This document shows, in pieces, positions 60,372-64,000 of a stretch of DNA of 64,000 nt; the first letter of the stretch is position 1, and every line of letters starts with the position of its first letter. Position numbers and translations under genes: made by a program. The stretch covers positions 5,472 to 69,471 of the forward strand of contig CALWDN010000001.1 of NCBI GenBank assembly GCA_944376685.1. The letters are read 5' to 3'. This stretch comes from an uncultured Mediterraneibacter sp. Lineage in GTDB: Bacteria > Bacillota > Clostridia > Lachnospirales > Lachnospiraceae. The notes below the pieces were generated by a model, which saw only the letters and a program-made list of their open reading frames with translations, did no database searches and was not told the DNA's origin.

Positions 60372-61247
60372 ATGCATTATGATATTGCTTTTCCCAATCT
60401 CAGCATTTCTTTTGAGCATGTGGGAAAAAATGTTGACATTTTCGGGTTTAAGATCGCCTATTACGGGATCATCATTGGGACGGCCATCCTGCTCGGATTC
60501 CTGATCGCTGCAAAAGAGGCAAAGCGGACAGGGCAGAATCCTGAGGATTATATGGATATGGGGATCATCGGCGTGATCGCAGGCATCGCGGGTGCGCGGA
60601 TCTACTACGTGATCTTCTCGTGGGATATGTATAAAGACAATCTGCTGCATATCTTCAATCTGCGCGAAGGCGGCCTTGCCATCTATGGCGGGGTGATCGG
60701 GGCGGTGATCGCTGTATTCGCGCTCGCCAGATGGAAGAAGCTGTCGCCGTTCCTGATCCTGGATACGGTGGCTGTGCCGATCCTTAACGGGCAGATGCTG
60801 GGGCGCTGGGGCAATTTCTTTAACCGCGAGGCGTTCGGCGAATATACGGACGGGCTGTTTGCCATGCGCCTGCCCGTGGATGCAGTGCGTTCCGGCGACA
60901 TAACAGAGCAGATGCGCGCGCATATGGAGACGCTGGGCGGCGTGGACTACATCCAGGTGAGTCCGACCTTCCTCTATGAGTCGGTGTGGTGCGCGGCGCT
61001 GCTCGTCATTCTCGTGCTGTACCGCAGACATAAGCAGTATGACGGAGAGCTTTTTCTTCTCTATATCTTCGGATATGCACTGGGAAGAGTCTGGATCGAA
61101 GGGCTTCGTACAGACCAGCTCCTGATCCCGGGGATCGGCTTCCCGGTTTCCCAGGCGCTGGCCGGATGTGTCGTCCTGTTTGCCGGGGCGGCGCTTGTCT
61201 GGCTGCGGACACGCCATAAAAGGAAATTCAGGATTAATGATAAATAA
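60372..61247 (+). CDS. lgt: Prolipoprotein diacylglyceryl transferase (canonical)
   Basis: YYG, GARIYYV, GGLAIYGG, GRWGNFFNREAFG, PTFLYES, EGLRTD. Confidence 0.95.
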   Translation: MHYDIAFPNLSISFEHVGKNVDIFGFKIAYYGIIIGTAILLGFLIAAKEAKRTGQNPEDYMDMGIIGVIAGIAGARIYYVIFSWDMYKDNLLHIFNLREGGLAIYGGVIGAVIAVFALARWKKLSPFLILDTVAVPILNGQMLGRWGNFFNREAFGEYTDGLFAMRLPVDAVRSGDITEQMRAHMETLGGVDYIQVSPTFLYESVWCAALLVILVLYRRHKQYDGELFLLYIFGYALGRVWIEGLRTDQLLIPGIGFPVSQALAGCVVLFAGAALVWLRTRHKRKFRINDK

Positions 61248-61248
61248 G

Positions 61249-61277
61249 TTGAAAAATGCGGATGATGCAATTATAAT
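61249..61277 (+). promoter_or_regulatory. Putative sigma-A promoter of the TM2-DUF2752 operon
   Basis: TTGAAA-17 nt-TATAAT. Confidence 0.6.
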
Positions 61278-61368
61278 TACTATTGTGGAGAATTTTGCTG
61301 GTTCATTTTTCAGATAGATAAAGGCAGTTTGATTCACCCGATAAATTCCATCAGAGGAGGGAACGATT

Positions 61369-61830
61369 ATGTTTTGTAAAAATTGTGGAGAACAGATGAA
61401 TGACAATGCCCAGTTCTGTATCAAGTGCGGCGTTGCAAAAGGCGTAGGCAATCAGTACTGTGCAAACTGCGGCAAGCCTGTGAACCCCAATCAGGCAGTA
61501 TGCCTGAACTGCGGATGCCAGCTGAACGGCCCTGTGAAGGCGAACGGCGGCAGTGCGGCAAATGGCGGGACCGACGGCAAAAGCAAGGTGACAGCCGGAC
61601 TTCTGGGTGTTTTCCTTGGCTGTTTCGGAGTACATAATTTTTATCTTGGATATACGACAAAGGCGGTCATCCAGGTGTGCGTATCGGGCATCGCGATCCT
61701 GCTGTCCTGCTGCACGTTTGGCATCACGCTTATCGCTACGCTTGGAATAAGCATCTGGGGACTTGTTGAAGGAATCCTCATCCTGACCGGCAAGATCGAT
61801 ACGGACGGCAAAGGAAATCCGCTGGTATAA
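61369..61830 (+). CDS. Double zinc-ribbon plus TM2 domain protein
   Basis: Four CxxCG motifs; KSKVTAGLLGVFLGCFGVHNFYLG TM2 motif. Confidence 0.88.
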   Translation: MFCKNCGEQMNDNAQFCIKCGVAKGVGNQYCANCGKPVNPNQAVCLNCGCQLNGPVKANGGSAANGGTDGKSKVTAGLLGVFLGCFGVHNFYLGYTTKAVIQVCVSGIAILLSCCTFGITLIATLGISIWGLVEGILILTGKIDTDGKGNPLV

Positions 61831-62235
61831 ATGAAAGTACTGCTTGAGCCGTTTGATGACAGGATGCAGGACTGGCTCTTTTATATCAGTGCCTGCACAG
61901 CGGTCGTCCTGGCGGCCTTGTATCTGAGCGGGATCGATTTTTCAGACTTTCTGCCGGGGTGCTATATATACGGGCGGTATCATATTTACTGTCCGGGATG
62001 CGGCGGGACGCGTGCGGTCCGGAGCCTGCTTGGCGGGGATTTCGTGCAGAGCTTCCTGTACCATCCGTTTGTGCCGTATGCGGCGGTGGTCTATATATTG
62101 TTCCTGTGTTCAAATGTACTTTACCGCCTGCGGGCCGTAAAGAAGAGATTTCTGCTCAGGCCTGTATATCTGCTGGCGGCTGTTGCCATCATTATCGGCC
62201 AGTGTGCTGTAAAGAATCTTTTGATTCTGCTGTGA
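61831..62235 (+). CDS. DUF2752-domain membrane protein
   Basis: C...CPGCGGTRA..LL.GDF..S..YHP. Confidence 0.85.
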   Translation: MKVLLEPFDDRMQDWLFYISACTAVVLAALYLSGIDFSDFLPGCYIYGRYHIYCPGCGGTRAVRSLLGGDFVQSFLYHPFVPYAAVVYILFLCSNVLYRLRAVKKRFLLRPVYLLAAVAIIIGQCAVKNLLILL

Positions 62236-62269
62236 GAAGATTTAAGATATTATTACGGAGGAATAGGGA

Positions 62270-62539
62270 ATGGGCGTAGCATCACTTGTACTTGGAATTA
62301 TTGCGATCATTATCGGATTGTTCAGCTCGGGCAGCTTCGGCTGGCTGGGCGCGATCTTTGGCATTATCGGGATCATCCTGGGCATCCAGGGGAAGAAAGT
62401 CCCGGGGCAGGAGGGAATCTCACAGGGCGGACTTGTCTGTTCGATCATCGGGACGGTCCTGTGCCTCTTCCTTTTTGTCGCATGCGTTGCATGCGTGGCA
62501 TGCATAGGCGTGGCGGGCACTGCAGGGGCAACCTTATAA
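62270..62539 (+). CDS. Small membrane protein (DUF4190-like) with Cys-rich C-terminus
   Basis: GGAGG RBS; ASLVLGII...GIIGIILG...GGLVCSIIG...FVACVACVAC. Confidence 0.75.
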   Translation: MGVASLVLGIIAIIIGLFSSGSFGWLGAIFGIIGIILGIQGKKVPGQEGISQGGLVCSIIGTVLCLFLFVACVACVACIGVAGTAGATL

Positions 62540-62559
62540 TAAAGAAATGTGGAAAAGGT

Positions 62560-62590
62560 AAAAAAGGGGATGGAGGGCATCCCCTTTTTT
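62560..62590 (+). terminator. Intrinsic terminator hairpin
   Basis: aaaaaaggggatg-gaggg-catcccctttttt. Confidence 0.75.
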
Positions 62591-62608
62591 CTTTTGCGGA
62601 AAGGGAAG

Positions 62609-63388
62609 ATGTTTATGGGAATTCAGGTGGGAGATATACTGATCCCCTGGTATGGCATGTTTATCGTTACCGGGATCGCGGCCGGCGCTCTGGCCGGATA
62701 TATACTGCTGCGCGGCACGGAGATGGCGTATGATGATTTTGTCCAGGCGGCCTGCTTTGTCGGCCTTGGCGCGATGGTCGGGGCAAAGCTTCTCTATCTG
62801 GCTGTGTCCTGGGACGCCATCGATTTCTCGAGGATCACGGATCCGGAATATCTGAGCCTGCTGATGGGAAGCGGGTTTGTGTTCTACGGCGGCCTGCTCG
62901 GCGGGCTGGCAGGGCTGTATCTGTGCGGGAGGATCCTGCATATCCCGGTCCTTGCTCTTGCCCGGGAGACGATCCCGGTGATCCCGCTTGCCCACGGTTT
63001 CGGGAGGATCGGGTGTGCGCTTGTCGGGTGCTGCTACGGGATCCCTTACGACGGGCCGGGAGCGGTTGTCTATACGGACTCGCCGGCGGCGCCGCTCAAT
63101 ACGCCGCTTTTCCCGGTGCAGGCGGTTGAAGCGGCCGGGGAATTCGTGATCGCGGCTGTGCTGACCGTCTATATCGTCCGCTGCAGGAAGCAGGGGAAGA
63201 CGCCCCGGAGCCTGGGGCTGTATCTCGGGCTGTACGCGGTCCTCAGGTTCTTCCTGGAATTTGTGCGGTATGATGACCATGAGCGGGGGATTTTCCTCGG
63301 GATATCTACATCGCAGTGGATCAGCGCGGCGGTCCTGGCGGCCGTGGTCCTGCACTTCAAAAGATACAAAAAAACCGACTGCCCTCTA

Positions 63389-63391
<3 letters not shown>
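62609..63391 (+). CDS. Second, divergent Lgt-family protein
   Basis: WYG, GAKLLY, GFVFYGGLLGG, GRIGCALVGCCYG, FPVQ, EFVRYD. Confidence 0.85.

Positions 63392-64000
<609 letters not shown>

Noticed and set aside
59307-61451. 714-aa minus-strand ORF
   Set aside because: Antisense shadow of the well-supported ychF and lgt genes; no recognisable motifs; long shadow ORFs are expected with GC-rich third codon positions

Overview
Chromosomal window from a spore-forming Clostridia bacterium, most likely Lachnospiraceae-like (spoIIR, sipL, nifJ and a priA-def-fmt-rsmB-rlmN-stp-pknB-rsgA-rpe-thiN operon). Housekeeping genes flank a ~25 kb accessory block between pncB and plsC (~6.2-31.6 kb) that has no integrase or transposase and holds three unusual modules. 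(1) A four-gene operon: extracellular vWA membrane protein, tubulin/FtsZ-like GTPase with a long coiled-coil tail, coiled-coil 2-TM protein, and a 1391-aa membrane protein with a degenerate SF2 helicase-like region, a PKPEAEE tandem repeat and a plant DA1-like Zn-finger/HExxH peptidase. (2) A five-gene minus-strand operon: SAM methyltransferase, TIR-Sel1 protein, QW-repeat prenyltransferase-fold protein with a C-terminal TM, orphan TrpF, TIR-methyltransferase fusion. (3) A divergent three-gene operon: PGDYG-like protein, TIR-TM-beta-propeller receptor-like protein, and a TM-RCK-RCK-RyR-domain channel-like protein. Modules 2 and 3 are candidate undescribed TIR (NAD-derived signal) defence or signalling systems. 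All family calls come from motif recognition by eye; no database search was run. No rRNA, tRNA or CRISPR array was seen.
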